Positions 17,018 to 26,144 of a DNA stretch of 32,000 bases are shown here, piece by piece (the first letter of the stretch is position 1; every line of letters starts with the position of its first letter). The DNA lies in the NCBI GenBank assembly GCA_016699265.1, contig CP064967.1, forward strand, positions 330,001 through 362,000, given 5' to 3'. Under the pieces are notes generated by a model. It had not been told where the DNA came from. It did no database searches and saw nothing but the letters and a program-made list of their open reading frames with translations. The position numbers and the translations under genes are program-made. Origin of the DNA: Candidatus Saccharimonadota bacterium (GTDB taxonomy: Bacteria; Patescibacteriota; Microgenomatia; UBA1406; GWC2-37-13).

Positions 17018-18724
17018 ATGAATCTCGCACCGAAAAAACTGCTTGGACAGTTGGTAAAAAACGCCATCATAGACCAACAGATTGCTGATAAATACGAACT
17101 TGAAAGTTTGCAAAAAAATATTGGAATCTATGACTACGTTCTTGAGCATACGTCAATCTCTAAACATGAAGTGCTTCGGGCTACTTCCGAGCTTATGAAC
17201 ATTCCGTTCGTTGATCTTACGACGTCTCCAATCGATCCTCAGGCAATCAGTCTTGTACCTGAGTCTATTGCTAAAAAATATTCCATAATTCCATTTCGTT
17301 TTGACACCGAAACGAGTACTCTCTATATAGCTACGGCCGATCCTTACAATACCTATATGGGTGATTTCATCGCCCAAAAAATTAATAAAAGAATAATTCT
17401 TACACTCGCAATTGCGGAGGACATAGAGAAGGCTCTCACAGTCTCGTACACACAGGGACTTTCGCCGGAGGTTAAAGCAGCTTTGAAGGAATACCAACCA
17501 AAAGAGTTGCAGATAGAAGAAACGGTAACAAGTATCAAGGAAGCGCCAGTTGCAAAAATCGTATCAACTATTCTGGAGTTTGCATTTAAGAGCAGAGCAT
17601 CGGATATTCATATTGAGCCTGAAGAAAATAGGACTCGTGTTAGATATCGTATTGACGGAATCTTAAGTGAAAAATTATCTCTTCCAAAGGTAATCCATGA
17701 GGCAGTGATATCTCGTATAAAGATTTTGAGTCAGATGAAGATCGATGAGAAGCGAATTCCGCAGGATGGAAGATTTAGTTTTAAACTCGGTATTGACGAG
17801 GTTGATCTGCGCATATCAACACTTCCCACAGTCTTTGGTGAAAAGGTTGTGATGCGACTTCTCAAGAAGACTGGAGGAATCCCTCAACTTGCAGAGTTGG
17901 GTTTACGAGGTCCGCAGCTCAGAGATATGGAAACCTCAATCAATAAACCTTACGGAATTATATTGGTGACCGGCCCAACAGGATCTGGTAAGACAACAAC
18001 TCTCTACTCTATTTTGTCACGATTAAATAAACCAAGTATTAATATTGCTACACTTGAAGATCCTGTTGAGTATCAGATGCCGGGAATCAATCAGGTCCAG
18101 GTAAATGTGCAGGCAGGTCTTACTTTCGCAAGCGGTCTTCGATCCTTTTTGAGACAGGATCCAAATATAATCTTGGTTGGAGAAATTCGAGATAAAGAAA
18201 CAACTCAGCTTGCTATACAGGCCGCCCTAACAGGACATCTAGTTTTCTCAACCTTGCACACAAACGATGCCTCTACCGCCATTCCGCGTCTTATAGATCT
18301 TGGCGCAGAGCCTTTTTTGATAGCGTCGGTGCTTCATGCTTCTCTCGCTCAAAGAATCACACGGAAAATCTGCGTTAACTGTAAGGAGTGGTATACCCCT
18401 GTTGAACAAATACAGGACTCTATTAGGACCGTTCTTGGTGACATTCTGCCTGCCAAATATCAACATCACGTACCAATTCAGTTAGCACGTGGAAAAGGAT
18501 GTGCAGAGTGCAACAACGTAGGCTACAGAGGAAGGATCGCTATTTTTGAGATGGTTATGGTAACTCCAGGAATAAATAAACTCATCATTCAGCAAAAAAC
18601 TGCTAAGGATATAGAGGATCTCGCTCGCTTAGGGGGTATGATAACGATGAAGCAGGATGGCTATCTGAAGGCTCTTGATGGAATCACAACCGTTGAGGAA
18701 GTTCTCCGTGTAGCGGAAGTTTAG
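17018..18724 (+). CDS. pilB: Type IV pilus assembly (extension) ATPase PilB/GspE family.
   Basis: It has a T2SSE_N-type N-terminal domain, a Walker A (GPTGSGKTTTLY), Asp/His boxes and a tetracysteine motif (CVNC...CAEC). Confidence 0.95.
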   Translation: MNLAPKKLLGQLVKNAIIDQQIADKYELESLQKNIGIYDYVLEHTSISKHEVLRATSELMNIPFVDLTTSPIDPQAISLVPESIAKKYSIIPFRFDTETSTLYIATADPYNTYMGDFIAQKINKRIILTLAIAEDIEKALTVSYTQGLSPEVKAALKEYQPKELQIEETVTSIKEAPVAKIVSTILEFAFKSRASDIHIEPEENRTRVRYRIDGILSEKLSLPKVIHEAVISRIKILSQMKIDEKRIPQDGRFSFKLGIDEVDLRISTLPTVFGEKVVMRLLKKTGGIPQLAELGLRGPQLRDMETSINKPYGIILVTGPTGSGKTTTLYSILSRLNKPSINIATLEDPVEYQMPGINQVQVNVQAGLTFASGLRSFLRQDPNIILVGEIRDKETTQLAIQAALTGHLVFSTLHTNDASTAIPRLIDLGAEPFLIASVLHASLAQRITRKICVNCKEWYTPVEQIQDSIRTVLGDILPAKYQHHVPIQLARGKGCAECNNVGYRGRIAIFEMVMVTPGINKLIIQQKTAKDIEDLARLGGMITMKQDGYLKALDGITTVEEVLRVAEV

Positions 18725-18856
18725 CAAATTTCTAAGTACTCTAATTGGCCTATAAAAATTCCAATAAACAAAATTTTAAATCTGAGATTTGGGTATTATT
18801 TAAGTTAAAAATAAATTAAGGTACTTAGGTAGTTATAATTTAATGTATATTAAAGT

Positions 18857-19909
18857 ATGGACATAAACCAGTTGTTTCAGTTAGCAATAGAACGTAAGGC
18901 CTCAGATATTCATTTAGTTCCTGGTTATTATCCATCATTTAGGATCGACGGAGTTCTATACCAGATGTCGAGTCTTCCCCTACTGACTCCAGAGGTCTCG
19001 GCCGCCCTAATAAACTCAATTCTAACCAACGAACAAAAAGAAAATCTAGCGGTAAATAAAGAGATAGATCTTGGCTATGAAAAGGACACAGATCGGTTCA
19101 GAATTAATGTGTACCACTCGAGAAATACGATCGGTGCATCGATGAGGCTTATACCTGCAGAAATTCAGACTGTCGAACAGCTTTTACTCCCAGCAAATTT
19201 TAAAAATCTATCCAACTATAATAGTGGCCTAGTTCTCGTCACTGGCCCAACTGGTGAGGGAAAGAGTACAACCTTAGCATCGATAATTAATCAGGTAAAT
19301 CTCAATCGCCAAGCTCATATTATTACTATTGAAGACCCTATTGAATATGTATATCCAAAAGGAAAGGCGGTAGTATCACAACGAGAGCTTCACCAGGACA
19401 CACATTCATGGAACATCGCCTTAAGGTCGGTTTTACGAGAAGATCCCGATGTAGTTTTGGTTGGAGAAATGCGAGATTATGAATCAACACAGCTCGTTTT
19501 AACCATCGCAGAGACAGGACACTTAGTCTTCTCAACACTTCACACCACCTCAGCTCCAGAAACAATAAATCGTATTATCGATATGTTTCCATCTCATCAA
19601 CAAAATCAAGTTAAAGCTCAGTTGGCGGGTGCATTGAAGGCAATAGTTTCGCAAAGATTACTTCCACGTTCGGATGTAAGAGGTAGAATTCCAGCCGTTG
19701 AGCTGTTGTATAACAACTCTGCAGTATCATCGATTATCAGAGATGGAAAGCCATATCTATTAGACAACGTATTACAAACCTCAGATAGTGAGGGCTTTAT
19801 TTTCTTTGAGAGATATTTGGCTCAACTCCTTAAAGAAGGTAAAATTAGTAAACAGACAGCCGAGGCTTACGCTCTACGACCTAAAGATTTAGAAAAATAC
19901 GCCGTATAA
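18857..19909 (+). CDS. pilT: Type IV pilus retraction ATPase PilT.
   Basis: 350 aa with ASDIHL, GPTGEGKSTTLAS and GHLVFSTLHT. It lacks the long N-terminal domain of PilB. Confidence 0.93.
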   Translation: MDINQLFQLAIERKASDIHLVPGYYPSFRIDGVLYQMSSLPLLTPEVSAALINSILTNEQKENLAVNKEIDLGYEKDTDRFRINVYHSRNTIGASMRLIPAEIQTVEQLLLPANFKNLSNYNSGLVLVTGPTGEGKSTTLASIINQVNLNRQAHIITIEDPIEYVYPKGKAVVSQRELHQDTHSWNIALRSVLREDPDVVLVGEMRDYESTQLVLTIAETGHLVFSTLHTTSAPETINRIIDMFPSHQQNQVKAQLAGALKAIVSQRLLPRSDVRGRIPAVELLYNNSAVSSIIRDGKPYLLDNVLQTSDSEGFIFFERYLAQLLKEGKISKQTAEAYALRPKDLEKYAV

Positions 19910-19945
19910 ATCATTAAGTATTAGATATCTATTCTTTATTTTAAA

Positions 19946-21148
19946 ATGCAGTATAAGTATAGGGCTATAAAAAATGGTCAGCTTGAGTCGAAGACAATTG
20001 ATGCCTCAAGTCAGGAAGACGCCATTGCCTTTTTGAGAAGCAAGGACTACTTCATAGTCAGCGTAAAGTCGGCGTCTGGATCGGGTACTTCACTGTTTGA
20101 CGGTTACTTTAATCGTGTTACCTTCAATGACATCGTGGATCTTACACGACAACTTGCAATCATGTTAAACGCCGGTCTGACTCTTATAGAAGCTCTCATA
20201 ATTTTAAGAAAGCAAATCACAAAGGAATCTCTTCGTAAAGTTGTGATCGACGTCGAGAACCAGATTAAAGGTGGTAACTCGATGTCTTTTGTACTTAGAC
20301 AGTATCCTCAGTATTTTCCGAATTTGTATATATCACTTGTTAAGTCGGGTGAGGCATCGGGAAAGCTTGCAGATATTCTTCTTAAGCTTTCCGAAAACCT
20401 TGAGAAGCAACGGGAGTTTAGGGGGAAGCTTCGTGGAGCATTAATATATCCCGCTGTAGTTGTTGCCGCAATGATCGGAGTTATGTTTGTGATGATTACG
20501 TTCGTTATCCCAAAATTACTAGATTTGTATAAGAACTTTCAGGTGGAGTTACCATTTTCGACAAAGATTTTAATTGCAGTTTCTAGTTTTTCAGCCGCAT
20601 TTTGGCCGTTAATTATTGTCGCTGTTGTTGGGGGAGTTGTTGCCCTGCGTCAATATCTTAAAACTAAATCTGGTAAATACATGATGGACTCGACAGTTAT
20701 TAAACTTCCGATTGTTAAGCAGGTAATCAGAATGGGATCGCTCGTGGATAGTACAAGAACGCTCTCAATCCTTATTGGTTCAGGTGTCTCAATTCTTGAG
20801 GGTCTAAGTATCGTCATTGACACCACGGATAACCTCGTATATAAGGAGTCGTTTGGACGAGTATATAAGAAGGTAGAGAAAGGTCAGTCGCTTGGTAGCG
20901 CATTTGGTGATGAGCCACTATTCCCTCCAATCCTTACTCAGATGGCAATTGTCGGGGAAAATACCGGTCATCTTGACGACACTTTAGGTAGGCTTTCTCG
21001 CTATTTTGAATTCGAGTCAGAGTTGGCTATTAAAACAATGACCACGCTTATAGAACCAGCAATTCTCGTGGTTCTTGGAATTAGCGTCGGAGGTTTAGTT
21101 TTTTCAATCATAACTCCAATCTACAGTCTTACAACCTCTATTAAATAA
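19946..21148 (+). CDS. pilC: Type IV pilus platform protein PilC (GspF family).
   Basis: 400 aa with a duplicated T2SS_F domain and 3 TM segments (LVKSGEASGKLADIL and IVGENTGHLDDTL). Confidence 0.93.
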   Translation: MQYKYRAIKNGQLESKTIDASSQEDAIAFLRSKDYFIVSVKSASGSGTSLFDGYFNRVTFNDIVDLTRQLAIMLNAGLTLIEALIILRKQITKESLRKVVIDVENQIKGGNSMSFVLRQYPQYFPNLYISLVKSGEASGKLADILLKLSENLEKQREFRGKLRGALIYPAVVVAAMIGVMFVMITFVIPKLLDLYKNFQVELPFSTKILIAVSSFSAAFWPLIIVAVVGGVVALRQYLKTKSGKYMMDSTVIKLPIVKQVIRMGSLVDSTRTLSILIGSGVSILEGLSIVIDTTDNLVYKESFGRVYKKVEKGQSLGSAFGDEPLFPPILTQMAIVGENTGHLDDTLGRLSRYFEFESELAIKTMTTLIEPAILVVLGISVGGLVFSIITPIYSLTTSIK

Positions 21149-21239
21149 TCGCGGATCGCGAGAATTGTAAATCGCCTACCTGCCGGCAGGCAGAACGCAA
21201 GGTCTTGAGATTTGCGCTACACGATACACGAACCACGAT

Positions 21240-23342
21240 TTAGTCGCGGGCAATCGACTCTATCGTTAAGGCCTTTATTTTTTCTTGCAGATTGGGGAAG
21301 TTCTTCAGTTGATACTCCGTCGTAAAAATTTTAACAGCCTCCCGGGTTTTTTGAATAAGCGAATAGTCCGATAAGGATGCAATTTTTAAATCGCTATATC
21401 CATGCTGCTGAGTACCGTAGATCTCACCTGCTCCACGGTGTTGTAGATCGTACTCTGATATGTCAATTCCTTTAGGATGAGCAGCGAAAAATGAAAGACG
21501 AGGGGTCTGAACTGGTATTAAGTCCGAGGTAAAAAGAAGACAGTAGGACTGTTTTTTTCCTCTTCCTACGCGTCCCCTCAGTTGATGTAATTGAGCTAGA
21601 CCAAAACGTTCAGCCCCTTCAATTATGATTACCGTTGCGTTCGGTATATCTATTCCTACCTCAACAACCGAAGTGGATACAAGAATATCGACATCACCAC
21701 TTTTAAAGGATTTCATGATTAGTTCTTTTTCTATCGATTTCATTTTTCCATGAATTAGTGCAAGTTTTCGATTCGGGAAAATTGACTGAGAGAGCGTTGA
21801 GAATTCTTTTTGAGCCGCTCTAGTTGATGCAAGAGACTCATTTTCGGATTCATCAATGAGAGGGCAAATTACAAAAATTTGATCACCTTTCTGTATTTGT
21901 TTCTCGATCCAACCATATGCAGCGGTTCTTTTCGACGAAGGAACTACCCAAGACTTTACGTTAAGTCGATCCAACGGCATCTCATCGATAATTGACATAT
22001 CGAGCTCGCCAAAAATTGTGAGAGCTGCAGTTCGAGGAATAGGCGTGGCAGTCATCGTTAGAAGATGCGGATTAATGCCAAGTTGCTTCAGTTGTGATCG
22101 TTGTTTTACTCCAAATCTATGCTGCTCGTCGATGACTACGAGACCGATTTTATTCATCTCAAACTTCTTGTGAAGTAATGCGTGGGTGCCGATGATTATA
22201 TCTGTATTTCGTATAGCGTATTCCGTATTTGGCATTTTCCCGGTATTCGAGATACTAGATACCTTATACGACTTTCCACCGGTTACTAGAGCGACCTTTA
22301 CCTTAGTATTTTTGAAAAGTTCTTGAAATGTGGCGTAGTGTTGTTGTGCAAGTATCTCGGTCGGTGCCATAATTAGAGTTTTATAACCGTTGAGAAATGA
22401 AGCGAATGCAGCTACCGCTGCAACTATTGTTTTTCCCGACCCTACATCTCCTTGTAAAAACCGGTTCATTGGTTTTGACTTAGATAGATCCCCCATTACC
22501 TCATCGATAGACTTTTTCTGAGCATTTGTAAGCGTAAATGGCAGTGAAGAAATAAACCACTCTATGTCCTTTTTTATCAAATCGATCTTCATAGGCGTAC
22601 CGACCTTTTCCTCATCCCATTGTTGTCGTGTAAGGTGCGCGGCTAGTTGAAGTATGAATAGTTCGTCGAAGGCTAATCTGTGTCTTGCGTCCCTGATCTC
22701 CTGCACAGAAAGTGGTTTATGAGCCTTTATATAAGCGGACTGTTCGGACAGTAATCCGTTTATTTCAATTATTTTCTGAGGTAAAAATTCTAAACCTTCT
22801 GGATCAATTTCTTTAAATTGATTCATTACAAATAGAATCTTTTCACGAATTGTCTTACTCGAAAGTCCTCTTGTTTCCTGATATACCGGAACTATCGCTC
22901 CGACATGAGACAGTGCTTTTGTAACTTCAGTTACGATTTCAAACTCCTGCGGTAAGATGACTTTTTTATTTCTATATAGTTTTATCTCTCCCCAGAATGC
23001 AATCTTTTGTCCTAGTTGCAACGCTTTTGTAAGATATCGTTGGTTAAACCATACTGCCGATATGGTACCGGTGTCATCAGTTATGTCAGCAGTTTGTATC
23101 GTTAGCCTATTTCTAGCAAACTGATTTTTAACTTCGCTTACAGAGCCAATGATGCTTACCTTGTCCCCCACCTGTAGTGAAAATATGGAAGCAATTATAG
23201 ACCTGTCATCATATCGTCTTGGGATATATTTGAGAAGGTCCGCATAGGTTTTTATACCAACGGAATTGAAGCGACTTATGGTAGTTGAGCGAGTTGCGGG
23301 AAGAGCCTCAATCTTTGTTTCTAGAACGTGAGACTCTTGCAT
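21240..23342 (-). CDS. recG: ATP-dependent DNA helicase RecG.
   Basis: It has a wedge/OB N-terminus, GDVGSGKT, DEQHRFGV and QLHQLRGRVGRG. Confidence 0.95.
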   Translation of the reverse strand: MQESHVLETKIEALPATRSTTISRFNSVGIKTYADLLKYIPRRYDDRSIIASIFSLQVGDKVSIIGSVSEVKNQFARNRLTIQTADITDDTGTISAVWFNQRYLTKALQLGQKIAFWGEIKLYRNKKVILPQEFEIVTEVTKALSHVGAIVPVYQETRGLSSKTIREKILFVMNQFKEIDPEGLEFLPQKIIEINGLLSEQSAYIKAHKPLSVQEIRDARHRLAFDELFILQLAAHLTRQQWDEEKVGTPMKIDLIKKDIEWFISSLPFTLTNAQKKSIDEVMGDLSKSKPMNRFLQGDVGSGKTIVAAVAAFASFLNGYKTLIMAPTEILAQQHYATFQELFKNTKVKVALVTGGKSYKVSSISNTGKMPNTEYAIRNTDIIIGTHALLHKKFEMNKIGLVVIDEQHRFGVKQRSQLKQLGINPHLLTMTATPIPRTAALTIFGELDMSIIDEMPLDRLNVKSWVVPSSKRTAAYGWIEKQIQKGDQIFVICPLIDESENESLASTRAAQKEFSTLSQSIFPNRKLALIHGKMKSIEKELIMKSFKSGDVDILVSTSVVEVGIDIPNATVIIIEGAERFGLAQLHQLRGRVGRGKKQSYCLLFTSDLIPVQTPRLSFFAAHPKGIDISEYDLQHRGAGEIYGTQQHGYSDLKIASLSDYSLIQKTREAVKIFTTEYQLKNFPNLQEKIKALTIESIARD

Positions 23343-23414
23343 AGCTTGACTCTCATAAGTTTACACAGTCTCCACTATCGAAGTGATAGTAAAATAGGCG
23401 CGAGTGATGAGATA

Positions 23415-26144
23415 ATGAGAATAACGGTTGAGACAATTATGATTAACTTAAAAAATCGATCTCGTCGAGAAGGTAGTTTAGATGATTCCATAGATACCAT
23501 TATACCAACTGAAGAAGGCAAAAATGATATAATAAACGATATGCGAATTAGTCGTAAACAAGGCGTTTTTCGATGGTTTTCTAGACTTACTTTCAAAAAT
23601 AAGATCCTTACACTTCTTGGAGCAGGAATCGTCGTGGGGGGGTTGTTTTTATTCCTTGTGTTTGCTTGGTTTGCGAGGGACCTCCCAGCGCCGGGTAAAC
23701 TCACCCAGGTTAATGACTCAGCAACTATCTTTTACGACCGTGATGGTAAAGTTCTATTCGAACTCTACAAAGATAAAAATCGACTCCCGGTCAAGGGTGA
23801 TGAGATCCCGGATCTCATGAAGAAAGCAACGATTTCTATAGAGGATAAGGATTTTTATAAACATAAGGGTATCTCAGAGTCTGGTCTAATTAGAGCGCTA
23901 CTTGTATCTCCCCTTACTGGAGGTGGTGTGCAGGGTGGATCAACTATTACTCAGCAGCTTATCAAATTAGTTCTTTTAGACTCCGAAAGAACTGCGTCTC
24001 GCAAGATTAAGGAGATGATTTTAGCCATTGAAATTGAGCGTCGTTACTCCAAAGATGAAATACTTGAGCTGTACCTAAATGAAATACCTTACGGTGGAAC
24101 TATGTACGGAGTCGGTTCCGCAGCAAAAGGATATTTCGGAAAATCACCGAGTGATTTGACGCTTGTTGAGATGGCATTTTTAGCGGGACTTCCTCAGTTA
24201 CCTTCTCAATACTCACCATTCATTGGAGCAAAGGATGCATGGAAGTATAGAACCACAGCCGTACTTCGACGTATGAGGGAAGAAGGATACATTACAAAAA
24301 AGGAAGAACTTGAAGCTCTGACCAAGATGAACTCGTTGAAATTTTCGACTCCCAAGTTGAGCATAAATGCACCACACTTTGTGTTTTACGTACAGGACCT
24401 TATTGAGCGTGAATATGGAGTTAAGCTTTCTGGAAAGGGTTTACGCGTATATACGACACTTTCTCTTGAGGTCCAAAAAATTGCAGAACAAATTGTTAAG
24501 GATGAGATCGAGAAACTAAAAGGCTATCAAGTTGGTAATGGAGCTGCTGTAGTTCTTGATTCTAAAACCGGCGAGGTTCTTGCCATGGTTGGGTCATATG
24601 ACTTTAACAACGATAAGTACGGCAAATTTAACGCAGCCTTAGGACTTCGACAGCCCGGTTCAACAATAAAGCCAATTACCTACGCGACTGCATTTGAAAA
24701 AGGATATACACCTTCGACGGTAGTTATGGATGTCCAGACAACCTTCCCAAATCAAGGATCGCAAGAATATAAACCGGTCAACTATGATGGTAAGTTTAGA
24801 GGACCGACTCAGCTGAGATTTGCACTTGGTAATTCCTATAACATTCCGGCGGTTAAGGTTCTTGCGTTGGTCGGAGTAAAGGACTTCTTAAGAAAAGCAG
24901 AGTCGATGGGTCTAAAGACATTTGCGCCCACGCAACAAAACATAAATAGATTTGGATTAGCCATTACGCTTGGAGGAGGAGAAAGTACTCTCCTTGATAT
25001 GACCGGAGCCTTTTCTGTTCTTGCACGAGGTGGTAAATCAAACGACGTCCTGCCGATAAAAGAAGTTAAGGATAGACGAGGATTTACTGTGTATAAGCCA
25101 AAACGTAACTCATCACAACAGGTGATTACTTCTCAAGCCTCATTTCTTATTTCTCATATTCTTTCTGATAATGTTGCAAGAACGGACGCGTTTGGTCCGA
25201 GTTCCTACCTCAATATTCCAGGAAAAACTGTAGCAGTTAAAACGGGAACCACTAACGATAAACGTGATAACTGGACCATTGGTTATACGAATGATGTTAC
25301 GGTAGGTGTCTGGGTTGGTAACAACGATAACTCCCCAATGAATCCTCGCATTGCCTCTGGAATAACCGGAGCATCGCCAATTTGGAGCAATATTATGAAA
25401 AAACTCCTGACCGATAAGAAATTAAAATACAGTGACGGAATTATGAAACAGCCGTCCGGAATAAAAGCTTTAATTGTTGATGCGTATCTTGGTGGCCTAC
25501 CTAAGGATGGGTACCCAACGAGATCTGAGTACTTTGTAGATGGTACTGAACCGAAAGACGTTTCCGCATTTTATAAAAAGCTAAAGATCTCCAAGTCGAA
25601 CGGTAAGCTCGCTAATGATGTAGAGATTCGATCTGGTAACTATGAGGAGAAAGACTTTATTGTTATTACCGAGAACGATCCGGTATCTAGTGATAATAAA
25701 AATCGTTGGCAAGAAGCAATCGATGCATGGGTTCGTGATCAGGCGGAAAAGGGTAACGATAAGTTTAAGTATCCAACAGAATCATCGGACGCCAACGCAG
25801 ACAGTGTGGGCGTTAGCATAAAGAGTCCTGGTAATGAATCGAAGGTTGGTTCTAACTTTGAGGTAAAAGCAGTGTTCTCGTCTATGGAGAAGATAAAAAA
25901 TGTAAAGATTTACGCGAACGGTGTAGAGAAGGTGAATATAGACGGAGATAATAAGGACATTACTAGGTCAATAACCCTCGATAAAGGAACGTACGAGATT
26001 AAGGTAGTTGCCAAAAATGAGAAGGATAAAAGTGGAGAGGCATCTGTCAAGATCGGAGTAGATATGTCTTGGAATGAAGCTCCAACAGGGGTTCCGACTG
26101 GAGTTCCAACGGCTACTCCAACTCCGACCCCAGCACTTCCTTAA
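23415..26144 (+). CDS. Class A penicillin-binding protein (glycosyltransferase plus transpeptidase) with a C-terminal beta-rich extension and a Pro/Thr tail.
   Basis: GT51 motifs EDKDFYKHKGI and GGSTITQQL, and transpeptidase motifs STIKP and KTGTT. The start is uncertain (ATG at 23415 or 23439). The track start at 23328 is a GTG that overlaps recG. Confidence 0.9.
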   Translation: MRITVETIMINLKNRSRREGSLDDSIDTIIPTEEGKNDIINDMRISRKQGVFRWFSRLTFKNKILTLLGAGIVVGGLFLFLVFAWFARDLPAPGKLTQVNDSATIFYDRDGKVLFELYKDKNRLPVKGDEIPDLMKKATISIEDKDFYKHKGISESGLIRALLVSPLTGGGVQGGSTITQQLIKLVLLDSERTASRKIKEMILAIEIERRYSKDEILELYLNEIPYGGTMYGVGSAAKGYFGKSPSDLTLVEMAFLAGLPQLPSQYSPFIGAKDAWKYRTTAVLRRMREEGYITKKEELEALTKMNSLKFSTPKLSINAPHFVFYVQDLIEREYGVKLSGKGLRVYTTLSLEVQKIAEQIVKDEIEKLKGYQVGNGAAVVLDSKTGEVLAMVGSYDFNNDKYGKFNAALGLRQPGSTIKPITYATAFEKGYTPSTVVMDVQTTFPNQGSQEYKPVNYDGKFRGPTQLRFALGNSYNIPAVKVLALVGVKDFLRKAESMGLKTFAPTQQNINRFGLAITLGGGESTLLDMTGAFSVLARGGKSNDVLPIKEVKDRRGFTVYKPKRNSSQQVITSQASFLISHILSDNVARTDAFGPSSYLNIPGKTVAVKTGTTNDKRDNWTIGYTNDVTVGVWVGNNDNSPMNPRIASGITGASPIWSNIMKKLLTDKKLKYSDGIMKQPSGIKALIVDAYLGGLPKDGYPTRSEYFVDGTEPKDVSAFYKKLKISKSNGKLANDVEIRSGNYEEKDFIVITENDPVSSDNKNRWQEAIDAWVRDQAEKGNDKFKYPTESSDANADSVGVSIKSPGNESKVGSNFEVKAVFSSMEKIKNVKIYANGVEKVNIDGDNKDITRSITLDKGTYEIKVVAKNEKDKSGEASVKIGVDMSWNEAPTGVPTGVPTATPTPTPALP

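Noticed and set aside
21149-21239. A GC-rich spacer between pilC and recG with the palindromes CCTGCCGGCAGG (21179-21190) and CGCG-GAT-CGCG (21150-21160), considered as an intrinsic terminator.
   Set aside because: The stems are short or loopless and are not followed by U-tracts on either strand. They may still be a protein-binding site, but I cannot support a call.
23328-23414. An N-terminal extension of the PBP ORF from the GTG at 23328.
   Set aside because: It would overlap the recG start codon region and adds a non-membrane, non-conserved peptide. The ATGs at 23415 and 23439 precede the cytoplasmic tail and TM helix as expected.
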